This document shows, in pieces, positions 37,891-48,660 of a stretch of 64,000 nt of DNA. Origin of the DNA: Hyalangium minutum (GTDB lineage Bacteria; Myxococcota; Myxococcia; Myxococcales; Myxococcaceae); NCBI RefSeq assembly GCF_000737315.1, contig NZ_JMCB01000008.1, positions 525,980-589,979 on the forward strand, written 5' to 3'. Under the pieces are notes generated by a model that saw nothing but the letters and a program-made list of their open reading frames with translations, searched no databases and was not told the DNA's origin. The position numbers and the translations under genes were made by a program. Within the stretch, counting starts at the first letter, position 1, and the number at the start of each line of letters is the position of its first letter.

Positions 37891-38755
37891 TTCAAATCCT
37901 GCGGACGTCTTCGACCCGCTCCGCCCCCGGCTGCTCCGCATCGCGTACCGGATGCTGGGCATCGTCGCGGAGGCGGAGGACGTGGTGCAGGAGGCGTATC
38001 TGCGTTGGCACCAGACGAACCGCGACGTCGTGCGGGACGCCGAGGCCGTGCTCGTCCGCACGGTGACGCGCCTGTGCCTGGACGTCCTGAAGTCCGCGCG
38101 CGTGCGGCGCGAGGAGTACGTGGGGACCTGGCTTCCAGAGCCCATCCTCGAGACAGTGGAGGGCGATGACTTGACGCTGACCCTGATGATGGCCCTGGAG
38201 CGCCTGTCCCCGCTGGAGCGCGCCGCGTTCCTCCTGCACGACGTGTTCGGCATGGACTTCGAGCAGGTGGCGAAGGCGCTCGACCGCGCTCCCGCGGCGT
38301 GCCGCCAGCTCGCCAGCCGGGCGCGGGACCATGTGCAGGAGGCCCGGCCCCGCTTCCCCGTGACGGAGGCGAAGGGCCACGAGCTGGCCTCGGCGTTCCA
38401 TGCCGCGTCCCGGAGCGGCGACACGCAGGCGCTCCAGGCCCTGCTGGCCCAGGACGCCATCCTGTACGCCGACGGCGGCGGCAAGGTGAAGGCGGTCCTC
38501 AATCCCATCTACGGCCGGGAGAAGCTGGTGCGCTTCTTCGAAGGGGTGTGGCGCATTCCAGCCGTGGGCTCGGCGCAGCTCGTGCACGAGGGCACCATCG
38601 ACGGCCTGCCCGCGTACGTCACGATGGATCCGGATGGAATGCTGCAGACCACGGCGTTTGCCATCGAGGACGGCCGGATCGTCGCCCTCTACGTCACGCG
38701 CAACCCCGACAAGCTGAAGGGCATCCGGCGCGCGGTGGTGGGCGAGTCGTCCTAG
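37877..38755 (+). CDS. ECF sigma-70 factor, SigJ/ECF41 type with SnoaL-like extension
   Basis: AYRMLG..AEDVVQEAYLRW, YVGTWLPEP, ERAAFLLHDVF, DGGGKV, RNPDKL. Confidence 0.9.
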   Translation: MKPPDSNPADVFDPLRPRLLRIAYRMLGIVAEAEDVVQEAYLRWHQTNRDVVRDAEAVLVRTVTRLCLDVLKSARVRREEYVGTWLPEPILETVEGDDLTLTLMMALERLSPLERAAFLLHDVFGMDFEQVAKALDRAPAACRQLASRARDHVQEARPRFPVTEAKGHELASAFHAASRSGDTQALQALLAQDAILYADGGGKVKAVLNPIYGREKLVRFFEGVWRIPAVGSAQLVHEGTIDGLPAYVTMDPDGMLQTTAFAIEDGRIVALYVTRNPDKLKGIRRAVVGESS

Positions 38756-38907
38756 GAGGCTTCAGCGCGCGGCGAAGAACTCGCGCGCGAAGGTTACAAA
38801 AGTCTCACTGGTGAGACTTGGCCGCCTGTGGGATTCCAGCGGTAGCGGTTCGAGAGAGCTGGGGACGCTCCGGCATCATCCTCCCCGGAGTACAGTGGGC
38901 ACTCCCG

Positions 38908-39790
<883 letters not shown>

Positions 39791-39795
39791 GCAGG

Positions 39796-39831
39796 GTGCT
39801 CAACGCCTTTCGGCATCACGGCAAGGGGGAC
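39796..39831 (+). CRISPR. Solitary 36-bp CRISPR-type repeat (no array, no cas genes in the window)
   Basis: GTGCTCAACGCCTTTCGGCATCACGGCAAGGGGGAC with a GCC-TTTC-GGC hairpin; matches my recall of a myxobacterial type I repeat except near the 3' end. Confidence 0.6.
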
Positions 39832-40296
39832 CCTGCCAGCTAACCCGGCCCCGCCCAGGGGACTGAGTGCTCTCCCTTCAGGTGCGTGGCAGGCGCCGAG
39901 GCCTGTGGGGTGTCTTGAGCGCCTCAACACCCCGCTGCCTTATGGGGCCCTCGCGCCGGCGCCAGCCTCTCACCTGCCGTGGCCAGGCCCAGGTGCTTCA
40001 CCATCACGCAGCGTCACGGGACAGCGTGACGGTCACGCGTCCGATGGAGGCAGCGCGGAGCACCGCTGGAACTCCGGCGGAGTCCTCACGGATATCGACT
40101 GGCCATCCTGCGCCAGTCCGCAGCGCGGCGCTACGTGGGGGGCGCAGGGACGTGGCGAGTGTCCAGCCGTCAGCCTCGGGCGCGAGGCCGCCCCCGCAGG
40201 GTGCCCGGAGGTGAAGGACAGTACCACCCGGTGGCTCCTCCTCTTCTCCGTGTCTGCCCTCTACCCTGATCCCCTCCTCGCAAGAGCGGGTGACAC

Positions 40297-41652
40297 ATGC
40301 TGCCATGGCGGATGCTCTGGAAGGCCGAAGCGCTGTTCCTTGCGTTGTTGGTGGGGTGCGCCAGCGTCCCTCGGGTCCCCGTCGTGGAAGACATCGGCCA
40401 GGGTATGGCCGTCGTCCACGTGCCCCGCACCGCTGACCTGCACCCGGTGGAACTGGAGGAAGAGGAATTCCAGCAGGCGGTGAGGCGCCTTGCGCGCGAG
40501 GTGCGGCTGACAGGCACGCCGCGCCAAACGGCGGAGCGGGCTTTTCAAATGGGCCCGCAGAGCGGCTACTACCACTACCTGATGCGGGAAAAGAAGATGG
40601 CGCCAGATGGGCCCGGTGAGTCCTGGGACGGCACGTTGACGAAAGAAGACTTGGAGCTGGCGGAGCGCTATCGGCTCTGGTGCCAGAGCGCATACAACTT
40701 CTATGGAGATTGTCTTGGGGGCGCGCTGGTGGCAGGGCGCTACCTGGACATGCAAGGCCGCTACGTTTGGGCGCTGGCCATGAGCAAGAGCCCGGTGCTG
40801 GACGAGATGAAAAAGGCGCTCGGGGAGATGGTGGAGTTCCGCGCGCTCATCAGCGCGGCCCTGTGGACGTTGGGTTCGATGCTGCTGATCATGGCCCTGA
40901 CTCCCGTGGCGCCTGGGCTGGTGGCTGTGCTGGGCGTGGGGCTGCTCCTGTATGTGGGCTATGACACGCTCCACAACCTCGTGACGGGCTGGGCTGAGTT
41001 GACGGAGGCGGCAGAGGCCGCGACCACCTTCGAGCAGCTCCGCGAGGCGGGCGAGAGGTTCGGGAAGATCATCGGGCGAGAGGCGGCGCGCGCGTTCGCC
41101 ATGCTGCTGGTTGCGGCGATTGGCTCCACGGCGCAGCTGTTCGCGGCGAAGGTGCCGACGCTGCCCGGCTCGGCTCAGGTGGCCATGCAGGCCGAGGGGC
41201 AGGCAGGATTCTCGCTGCCCGCGCTGGGGGCTGTGCAGGAGATCGCGGTGGCTGCCGAGGGCGTGAGTATCACGCTTCCCGCGAACGCGGTGGCGATGGC
41301 GGCGCGGGGCAGTGGCGGCAAGGCTCCTTGTGTCGAGACGCACCACATCGCCACCATCTGCAACGACACGTCCACCGCACGCGGGGGCGCGTGGACACCG
41401 CGGTTCCGGAAGGTCTTCGCCAAGGCGGGAATGTCGATGGAGAATCCTGCGAACAAGATGCCTCTGCAGGGGCATTACGGCCCGCACCCCGAGCGGTATC
41501 ACCAGATAGTCTTCAATGCACTGGATGACGCGACGCGGACCTGTCGCAGCGTCGTCACGTGCCGGGCGAAGCTGATGGAGGCCCTCAAGGATCTGGCTCA
41601 GGACATCGCAACCCCGGGAACAGAGCTGAACCAACTCGTCACCCGGCAGTAG
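40297..41652 (+). CDS. SitA-like lipoprotein polymorphic toxin with C-terminal AHH nuclease
   Basis: LLVGC lipobox; hydrophobic central helices; ETHHIAT..GGAWTPRF..PANK..GHYGPHPERYH AHH signature. Confidence 0.85.
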   Translation: MLPWRMLWKAEALFLALLVGCASVPRVPVVEDIGQGMAVVHVPRTADLHPVELEEEEFQQAVRRLAREVRLTGTPRQTAERAFQMGPQSGYYHYLMREKKMAPDGPGESWDGTLTKEDLELAERYRLWCQSAYNFYGDCLGGALVAGRYLDMQGRYVWALAMSKSPVLDEMKKALGEMVEFRALISAALWTLGSMLLIMALTPVAPGLVAVLGVGLLLYVGYDTLHNLVTGWAELTEAAEAATTFEQLREAGERFGKIIGREAARAFAMLLVAAIGSTAQLFAAKVPTLPGSAQVAMQAEGQAGFSLPALGAVQEIAVAAEGVSITLPANAVAMAARGSGGKAPCVETHHIATICNDTSTARGGAWTPRFRKVFAKAGMSMENPANKMPLQGHYGPHPERYHQIVFNALDDATRTCRSVVTCRAKLMEALKDLAQDIATPGTELNQLVTRQ

Positions 41653-41672
41653 CCGCGCTACATACGGAGCCC

Positions 41673-42224
41673 ATGTCCCAGCGTTTCTTCGAACTCGCCG
41701 ACGATGTGAATGTCCCGCACCGATGGCACCTTGACATGCCGACGGACAGTCACACTAAGCAAGTGGACGACGGACAGTTCAGGATCGGGGTACCCGTTCA
41801 TGTCAAAGAACGCCTGAGAATCCCCGTCGAGATCGCAGGCAAGCCGCTGGACTTCACAGAAGCGGGCATCCGCATCCCGGTGGTCCATGTCCGAGTTGCG
41901 TCCATCTTCGCGGAACTGGCCCCGGACGACGTGCAACTGATCCCCGTGGATGTGGACGGCCAACCGGATCAGTACCTCATCCTCGTGGCCACACGTCTCA
42001 TCCCCTGTATCGACGAGAATGCTTCGCGGTTCAGCCGCCCGGGGGAGCCTGATCCAGTCAGGCGGTATTCCATCATGTACGCACTGCGCATCGACAAGTC
42101 CAAGGTCGGAAGCGCCAAGGTGTTCCGGTGCGAGGGGTGGCCGGGCCCGCTGATCGTCTCTGGGGAGATCAAGGAGGCCTTGGATCGCATGGCCGCTACC
42201 GGCACGAGGTTCGAGGAGGTCTAA
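41673..42224 (+). CDS. Imm11-like immunity protein
   Basis: RWHL..PLDFT..PVVHVRVASIF..VQLIPV..CIDE..LRID..VFR..LIVSGEIKEAL; directly downstream of the AHH toxin. Confidence 0.8.
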   Translation: MSQRFFELADDVNVPHRWHLDMPTDSHTKQVDDGQFRIGVPVHVKERLRIPVEIAGKPLDFTEAGIRIPVVHVRVASIFAELAPDDVQLIPVDVDGQPDQYLILVATRLIPCIDENASRFSRPGEPDPVRRYSIMYALRIDKSKVGSAKVFRCEGWPGPLIVSGEIKEALDRMAATGTRFEEV

Positions 42225-42256
42225 TTCGCTCACCTGCGGTTTTCGCACCGCCCGGC

Positions 42257-42281
42257 GTGGGTTCGATTCCCGCCGCCTCCA
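42257..42281 (+). repeat. tmRNA 3'-end copy (att-like remnant 7, right border of the mosaic)
   Basis: GTGGG-TTCGATT-CCCGC-CGCCTCC-A. Confidence 0.8.
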
Positions 42282-42421
42282 ACCCAGAAAAGCTTCACGG
42301 GTTCTAATGAGAGGGGGAGGTGTTTGAGGACTCCCGCCCGAGCCCATCTCCGTGGCGGACTCCAAGGCTCGCACGCTCAGGTGAGCCTGGACCTGAAGTA
42401 AGCTGGGGCTCTCGCGCCCTC

Positions 42422-44158
42422 ATGTCCTTCCTCCTGGTTCTGCCGGATGGCCGCCGCACCACCCTGGACAAGCCGGTGGCGTCCGTGGGCACCGACTCCG
42501 CCTGTGACGTCGTCCTCCGCGCCTCCGGGGTGAAGGCCAGCCACGCCCTGCTGTTCCGCGACGCTCAGGGTTGGTCCGTGTCTCCCGCCGGCCCTGGCTG
42601 TGACGTGCGCGTGCGCGGCAAGCGCGTGGAGCTGGCCAGGCTCGCCCCCGGCGACTCCTTCTCCTTGGGCAGCGCCACGCTCACCCTGCTCGCTCCCGAG
42701 GAGACGCAGGTTCCCGCGAGTCCTCCCTCCAGAGCCGCTTCCTCCGGACGAGTGCTCTCGGTGCTGGCGGGCTTTGCCTCCCGGCTGCTGTTGCAGCGCC
42801 CTGCCCCGGAGCTGCTGGAGACGGCCATGCGCGGGCTGGCGGAGGCGGCCGGCGCGGACGTGGGCTTCCTGGTGTCGGCGGAAGGGGCGCGCCGCCAGGT
42901 GCTGTGCGCCACCGGCCCAGTGCCCGACGCGGCCGTGGTGGACAGCCTGGTGGATCGGGTGGTGGCCTCGGGAGCGCCCGTGCTGGTGCCGGACGTGGCA
43001 GTGGATCAGGCGCTCGCGAGCGCTCCGAGCGTCGTGGCCCTGCGCCTCACCTCCGCGCTGGTGATCCCCCTCCGCGCGGGGCCTGCGCCGCTCTCGGCCG
43101 TGTACCTCGGACGGCGCGCGGGCAGCCCTCCCTTCTCCGCCGTGGAGCTGGAGGAGGCCATGGCCCTCTCCGCGCTGGCGGCGCTGCTGCTGGCCACCTC
43201 GCGCGAGCTGACGGACCTGCGCGCGCAGGTGGACAACCTCACGCAGCGGATCCAGGCGGCCACCTTCGAGGGGCTCATCGGCGAGTCCCGCCCCATGAGC
43301 GAGCTGTACCGGCAGGTGGAGCGCCTGGGGCCCACCGCGCTCAACGTGCTCATTCAAGGAGAGACTGGCACAGGCAAGGAGGGCGTGGCCCGGGCGCTTC
43401 ACCGGCGCAGCGGACGGCGCGGGCGTCTCGTGGCCATCAACTGCGCAGCGCTTCCCGAGTCGCTCATCGAGCGCGAGCTGTTCGGCCACGCACGCGGCGC
43501 CTTCTCGGGCGCGGGGGCGGATCGGCCCGGACTGGTGGAGGCGGCGGACGGAGGCACGCTCTTCCTGGACGAGATCGGCGACATGCCGCGCTCGCTTCAG
43601 TCCCGGCTGCTGCGGGTGGTGCAGGAGCGCGAAGTCACCCGGCTCGGCGAGAACCACCCGCGCAAGGTGGACATGCGCATCATCTCGGCCACGCACAAGC
43701 CACTCAAGTCGCTGGTGCAGCAGGGCCTCTTCCGGGAGGACCTCCTCTTCCGGCTGGAGGAGGTGCGCGTGGAGGTGCCGCCCCTGCGCGAGCGCGGCGA
43801 TGACGTGCTGCTCATCGCCCACCATGTGCTGACCCAGGAGGGGCGCCGCGCGAAGGGCTTCACCCAGAAGGCCACCGAGGCCCTACGAGGCCACCCCTTC
43901 CCCGGCAACGTGCGCGAGTTGGTGTCGCGGGTGCGGCGCGCGGCGATCCTGGCCTCGGGAGAGCTCATCGGCCCGGCGGACCTGGAGCTCGGCGGAGAGC
44001 AGACGCCGCTGCAGCCACTGGACGAGGCCCGTGACGCCTTCGTGCTCCGCTATGTGCGCGAGGCCATCGCCCGCAGCGGCGGGAGCAAGAAGGAGGCGGC
44101 ACAGGCGCTCGGCATCGGACTGCGCTCGTTGTTCCGCTACCTGGGTGAGGGAGAATGA
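42422..44158 (+). CDS. FHA-GAF-sigma54 enhancer-binding protein (Fis HTH)
   Basis: N-terminal FHA-like region; GETGTGKE, GAFSGA, GTLFLDEIG, FREDLLFRL, FPGNVREL. Confidence 0.9.
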   Translation: MSFLLVLPDGRRTTLDKPVASVGTDSACDVVLRASGVKASHALLFRDAQGWSVSPAGPGCDVRVRGKRVELARLAPGDSFSLGSATLTLLAPEETQVPASPPSRAASSGRVLSVLAGFASRLLLQRPAPELLETAMRGLAEAAGADVGFLVSAEGARRQVLCATGPVPDAAVVDSLVDRVVASGAPVLVPDVAVDQALASAPSVVALRLTSALVIPLRAGPAPLSAVYLGRRAGSPPFSAVELEEAMALSALAALLLATSRELTDLRAQVDNLTQRIQAATFEGLIGESRPMSELYRQVERLGPTALNVLIQGETGTGKEGVARALHRRSGRRGRLVAINCAALPESLIERELFGHARGAFSGAGADRPGLVEAADGGTLFLDEIGDMPRSLQSRLLRVVQEREVTRLGENHPRKVDMRIISATHKPLKSLVQQGLFREDLLFRLEEVRVEVPPLRERGDDVLLIAHHVLTQEGRRAKGFTQKATEALRGHPFPGNVRELVSRVRRAAILASGELIGPADLELGGEQTPLQPLDEARDAFVLRYVREAIARSGGSKKEAAQALGIGLRSLFRYLGEGE

Positions 44159-44775
44159 GCCCCATGCACCGGCGCACCTTCCTCCTCATTGCCACGCTCC
44201 TGAGCACGGTGTGGCTCGGGTGTCCGCTCGACATCCAGGTCCGTTGCGAGGACGCCTCCTCTTGCGGCGACAACGAGGTGTGCGCGTCTGGCCTGTGCAC
44301 GCCCTCCTCGGGCACCGGGGATGCAGGGACGGATGGGGGAATAGATGGAGGCGTGAAGAAGTGTGCCGCCGACACGGAGTGCCCGGAGGACTGGCGCTGC
44401 GGCGAGAGGACACAGCAGTGCGAGCTCGGGTCTCGGCTTGGCGAGAGGTGCTACGAAAGCTACGAGTGTCCGTGGACTGCAACCTGCAGCGCCCTGCGCA
44501 ACGTCTGCGTGAAGTACTGCACCCTGGACCCGTATTGTCCGGTCGGCTACCAGTGCAGCCCGGACAAGTTCTGCGTGGCGAAGTGCACGGCCCCGCCGGA
44601 GACAGTGGGGCGCCCCTGCTCGGACTCCATGGAATGCGGCTGTGGCTTCTGCGTGAACACCGGAGGACAGGAGCTCTGCCGCCTGCCATGCGTGTTCGAC
44701 CAGGACTGCCCCAGAGGCGAAGTGGGAGTGTGCGAGCAAGTGGGCTCCACGAACAAGAGAGCCTGCAAGCTGTGA
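44155..44775 (+). CDS. Cys-rich putative lipoprotein
   Basis: VWLGC lipobox and many C-x(4-5)-C disulfide repeats; ATGA overlap with the upstream gene. Confidence 0.75.
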   Translation: MSPMHRRTFLLIATLLSTVWLGCPLDIQVRCEDASSCGDNEVCASGLCTPSSGTGDAGTDGGIDGGVKKCAADTECPEDWRCGERTQQCELGSRLGERCYESYECPWTATCSALRNVCVKYCTLDPYCPVGYQCSPDKFCVAKCTAPPETVGRPCSDSMECGCGFCVNTGGQELCRLPCVFDQDCPRGEVGVCEQVGSTNKRACKL

Positions 44776-44823
44776 GGCGGCGGAGGTTGCTCCCTGGGAG
44801 CCCGGCTCTAGAATGCGCCCGGG

Positions 44824-46668
44824 ATGACGGGTGAACTGCTGGCCGGCCGCTACCAGTTGGAGCAGGAGCTGGGACGCGGAGGTATGGCCACGGTCTTCCT
44901 GGCCACGGACTTGCGGCTGGCGCGCCGGGTGGCGGTGAAGGTGATGCACCCGGGCGGAGACGCGCGCCGGACTGAGCGCTTCCGCCGGGAGGCCGCGCTG
45001 GTGGCCTCGCTCAAGCACCCCTACGTGTTGGAGATCCACGACTTCGGCGAGGACTCGGCGCGCGGCCCCTTCCTGGTGTGCGAGTGGGTGCAGGGCGAGA
45101 GCCTGCGGGAGCTGTCCCAGCGGCTCGCCCCCGTGCCTCCCGAGTCCGCGGCGGTGCTGGGCTGGGCGCTGGCCCAGGCGCTCGGCGAGGCCCATGCACG
45201 GGGAATCGTGCACCGGGACGTGAAGCCGGAGAACGTGCTGGTGGCCCGGGGCGGCCCGCTGAAGCTGGCGGACTTCGGCATCGCCGCGCTGGCGGATCAG
45301 GAGCGGCTGACGAGCACCGGCGCCATCACGGGCTCGCTGCCGTACATGGCTCCCGAGCGCATCGACACCGGCGCCTTCTCACCGGCCTCGGACGTGTACG
45401 CGGTGGGCGTCATGCTCTTCGAGCTGTGCACGGGCACCACGCCGCATGGAGGAAAAGGGGCTGCGCACCTGGCGGCCTCAGTGCTCACGAAGGATGTGCC
45501 GCCCTTGAGCGAGCTCGTCCCGGGAACGCCCGAGCCGCTGAGCGCCCTGGTCTCGCGCTGCCTCGCGAGGGATCCGCGAGATCGCCCTGCCCACGGAGGC
45601 GAGCTCGCGCCACTGCTGGAAGAGGTGGTGGGCCGCATCGCCGGGCCTCCGGCCGAGGAGTCCCGGGCGTTCTTCCAGGATCCTCAGAGCTACAGCGCGC
45701 GTCGGCGCGAAGCCCGCTTCCAGCAGTTGTTGAGCGAAGCCCGCGCGCTGCTGGAGGAAGGACAGGGAGCCAAGGCCGCGAAGTTGCTCAATGGAGCGCT
45801 GGCGCTCCGGCCGGACTCGCCCGAGGTCGCCGCGCTGCTGCGCCACCGTCCGAAGTCTCGGAGGAAGAAGGTGGTCGCGGTGGGCTCGGCACTGGCGGCC
45901 TCCCTCGTGGTCACGGGAGCACTGGCGTGGGCCGCGAACCGGTGGCTCGCGAATCCGCCTGAGCCCCAGCCCATCGCTCAACCCGAGCAGCGCGCTCAGG
46001 AGACGCGAAGCACGGAGCCCCGCCCGGAGAACCGTCCCACCGTCCCCAGCCCTCCACCGGCGACGGCCCAGGAAGCGGCTCCTCCCGCGCCCGAGCCTGA
46101 CCGAGTGGCTCCGCGCCCGGAGCCCAAGAAGAAGAGCGCCTCGGCAACTCGAGCCCCGGCTCCGCGTGAGGCGCCTGCCTCGTCCCCTTCTCCAGCGCCT
46201 CCCCAGCTCCCCGCTCCCTCAGTCTCCCAGGAGCAAGAGCCCGCGAGGCCCGCGACTCTGAAGCTGACGGTGCGCCCCTGGGCCGAGGTGTTCGTGGACG
46301 GCCTGAGCCGGGGCTACACGCCCCGCGTGCGCGAGGTGAACCTCTCTCCGGGAGAGCACCGCCTGCGCCTCGTCAACCCGCTGTGTGAACCGATGGAGGA
46401 AGTCCTCCAGGTGGCCGCAGGGGAGACGGTGACCCGGGAGGTGGCGCTCCGGGTGTACAAGGCCGAGGTGATCATCACCGCGCCCTCGGGCGCCCGCGTC
46501 TTCATCGACGGAGTGGAGACGGGCATCGCGCCACTGCCGGGCCCCGTGTATGTCGAGCACGGACGGCATGTCATCTCGGCCCGCCTGCCGGGAGTGCCGC
46601 CCCTGCAGCGCGAGGTGGACGCGGTGGCTGGCAAGCGCATCGAGGTGATGCTGGAGGGGACTCCATGA
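44824..46668 (+). CDS. Membrane Ser/Thr protein kinase with PEGA domains
   Basis: GRGGMA, VAVK, HRDVKPEN, DFG, APE; TM segment; Pro-rich linker; VRPWAEVFVDG PEGA motif. Confidence 0.92.
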   Translation: MTGELLAGRYQLEQELGRGGMATVFLATDLRLARRVAVKVMHPGGDARRTERFRREAALVASLKHPYVLEIHDFGEDSARGPFLVCEWVQGESLRELSQRLAPVPPESAAVLGWALAQALGEAHARGIVHRDVKPENVLVARGGPLKLADFGIAALADQERLTSTGAITGSLPYMAPERIDTGAFSPASDVYAVGVMLFELCTGTTPHGGKGAAHLAASVLTKDVPPLSELVPGTPEPLSALVSRCLARDPRDRPAHGGELAPLLEEVVGRIAGPPAEESRAFFQDPQSYSARRREARFQQLLSEARALLEEGQGAKAAKLLNGALALRPDSPEVAALLRHRPKSRRKKVVAVGSALAASLVVTGALAWAANRWLANPPEPQPIAQPEQRAQETRSTEPRPENRPTVPSPPPATAQEAAPPAPEPDRVAPRPEPKKKSASATRAPAPREAPASSPSPAPPQLPAPSVSQEQEPARPATLKLTVRPWAEVFVDGLSRGYTPRVREVNLSPGEHRLRLVNPLCEPMEEVLQVAAGETVTREVALRVYKAEVIITAPSGARVFIDGVETGIAPLPGPVYVEHGRHVISARLPGVPPLQREVDAVAGKRIEVMLEGTP

Positions 46669-47366
46669 CGGGCCTCATCGTGGCCATGGTGCTCGCAGCC
46701 GCCTCTCCGCTGGACCCGGCCCGGGCGGCGTACCAGTCTGGCGAGCTGGCGCAGGCGCGCACCGAGCTGGAGGCGCTCCTCTACCCTCTTCGGCTCGACG
46801 GTGAAGCCCTGGAGTCCGAGGCCCACCTGCTGCTGGCCGCCACGTACCACGCCCAGGAAGACACCTCCCGAGCGGAGCACGAGGCCGTGCTGGGACTCGC
46901 CGCGAGCCGCGACACGAAGCTGGATCCCCTGCTGTACCCACCGGACTTCATCACCTTCGTGGAGCGCGTGCGCACGATGCACCGCGAGCGCATCGCCGCG
47001 CTGGCCGCCGAGCGCCGCCGTCCGATCCTCGTGCCCTCCCCTCCTCCAGTCCAGGCGCCACCTTCCGCCCAGGCTTCCCCTCCCATTCCCTCAAAGAGCT
47101 GGTACCTGATGCCATTCGGCGTCGGCCACTTCCAGCACGGCCAGCGGACGAAGGGCACCATGCTCGCGGTGACTCAGGGGACGTGCCTCACAGTCTCCGC
47201 GGTCTCGCTGAGCACGGCGCTGTCGCTGCGGGGACGGGACGGGCTGTACAGCGCCTCGGATGCGCGGACGGCCCGCAGGCTCAACACGTCCTACCTCGTG
47301 TCGGCCTACGCCTTCGCGGCCCTCTATACCTACGGTGTCCTCGACGGGCTCGTCTTCACGCCCTGA
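46665..47366 (+). CDS. TPR-like exported protein with hydrophobic C-terminus
   Basis: Signal peptide; ARAAYQSGELAQA helical repeat; ATGA overlap. Confidence 0.7.
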   Translation: MTGLIVAMVLAAASPLDPARAAYQSGELAQARTELEALLYPLRLDGEALESEAHLLLAATYHAQEDTSRAEHEAVLGLAASRDTKLDPLLYPPDFITFVERVRTMHRERIAALAAERRRPILVPSPPPVQAPPSAQASPPIPSKSWYLMPFGVGHFQHGQRTKGTMLAVTQGTCLTVSAVSLSTALSLRGRDGLYSASDARTARRLNTSYLVSAYAFAALYTYGVLDGLVFTP

Positions 47367-47367
47367 G

Positions 47368-48660
47368 TCAGAGGGCCTCATAGGCCGAGCGCCAGAAGTC
47401 CACGAAGGCGGCGGGTGGATTCGGAGAGTCCATCAGTCGCTGCGTCATCAGCACGCCAATGAGCCCGGTCTGGGGATCCCAGTAGCACGAGGTCCCGTAC
47501 CCGCCGTCCCAGCCAAAGCCACGGGGATCCCCAGGCTCGTGCTGCTTCACGATGGAGAGCGCATAACCCCAGCCGCGCTTGTCCCAGAAGCCGGTGGAGA
47601 AAGGCGACACGGCCTTCTGCTCGGGAGTGATGTGGTCGGTGGTCATCAGCTCCACCGAGCGCTCCGACAGGAGGCGCTTCCCGCCATACGCGCCCTTGTT
47701 CAGCATCATCCGCGCGAAGGCGAGGTAGTCGTCGGCCGTGGAGACGAGGCCACCGGACGCGGACGGCATGCCCGGTGGGCGGCTGAACTGGCTCTCCGTA
47801 CCCGCGGGATCGAAGACCTCGAACTTCTCCGCACCGGGAGTCCGGAAGTAGGCGGTGCACAGCCGGTCGAGCTTCTCAGCCGGGACACTGAAGCCGGTGT
47901 CCTTCATGCCCAGCGGCTCGAAGATGCGCTCTCGCATGAAGGCCTCGAGCGGCTGGCCCGCAGCGCGCGAGAGCAGCACGCCCAGCACGGTCATGCCCGT
48001 GTCATACATCCAGGCCTCGCCCGGCTGACGCATCAGCGGCAGGGAGCCCAGGCTGCGGATCCACGCGTCCATGCTCGGCGCCTTGGGCAACCACGGACCG
48101 ACCGCAACGCCCTGCTCCGTCATCGCCTGGACGATCGGATACTGGCCCTGCGCCATGATCGCCCCCGTGCCCATGCGCACCGTCAGGAGATCACTGACGA
48201 GGATCGGGCGGTTCGCGGGCACGGTGTCATCCACAGGCCCATCGAGGCGCTTGAGCACCCGTCGGTTGGCAAGCTCCGGCAACAATCGGTCCACCGGCTC
48301 GTCGAGGCGGAGCTTCCCCTCCTCCACCAGGATCATCGCCGCAGCGCCTGAGATCGGCTTCGTCAGCGAGGCGATCCGGAAGATCGTGTCGCGCCGCATC
48401 GGGGCCGAGTTCCCAAAGGCCAGCGTGCCGATCGCATCCGCGCGCACCTCGTCGCCCCGAGCCAGCAGCGTCACGACGCCCGGCAGCTCTCCCCGCTCCA
48501 CATGGGCCGCCATCACGGAATGCATGCGCTCGACTCCCTCCTTGGAGAGCCCACCCTGGGGCTCTGGGTTCAGCACTTCCGTCCGGCTGCAGCCCAACGC
48601 CGTCGCCGCACCCAGCGCTGCGGCGCCCTGTAACACACTCCTGCGGCTGACCCTGCTCAT
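47368..48660 (-). CDS. Serine hydrolase (class C beta-lactamase-like), Tat/lipoprotein signal
   Basis: SRRSVLQG twin-Arg signal with LGC; FRIASLTK SxxK motif; GWDGGYGT. Confidence 0.9.
   Translation of the reverse strand: MSRVSRRSVLQGAAALGAATALGCSRTEVLNPEPQGGLSKEGVERMHSVMAAHVERGELPGVVTLLARGDEVRADAIGTLAFGNSAPMRRDTIFRIASLTKPISGAAAMILVEEGKLRLDEPVDRLLPELANRRVLKRLDGPVDDTVPANRPILVSDLLTVRMGTGAIMAQGQYPIVQAMTEQGVAVGPWLPKAPSMDAWIRSLGSLPLMRQPGEAWMYDTGMTVLGVLLSRAAGQPLEAFMRERIFEPLGMKDTGFSVPAEKLDRLCTAYFRTPGAEKFEVFDPAGTESQFSRPPGMPSASGGLVSTADDYLAFARMMLNKGAYGGKRLLSERSVELMTTDHITPEQKAVSPFSTGFWDKRGWGYALSIVKQHEPGDPRGFGWDGGYGTSCYWDPQTGLIGVLMTQRLMDSPNPPAAFVDFWRSAYEAL

Noticed and set aside
39990-40022. Further degenerate CRISPR repeat (GTGCTTCACCATCACG..CACGGGAC)
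   Set aside because: Needs several gaps to align and the spacing does not fit an array
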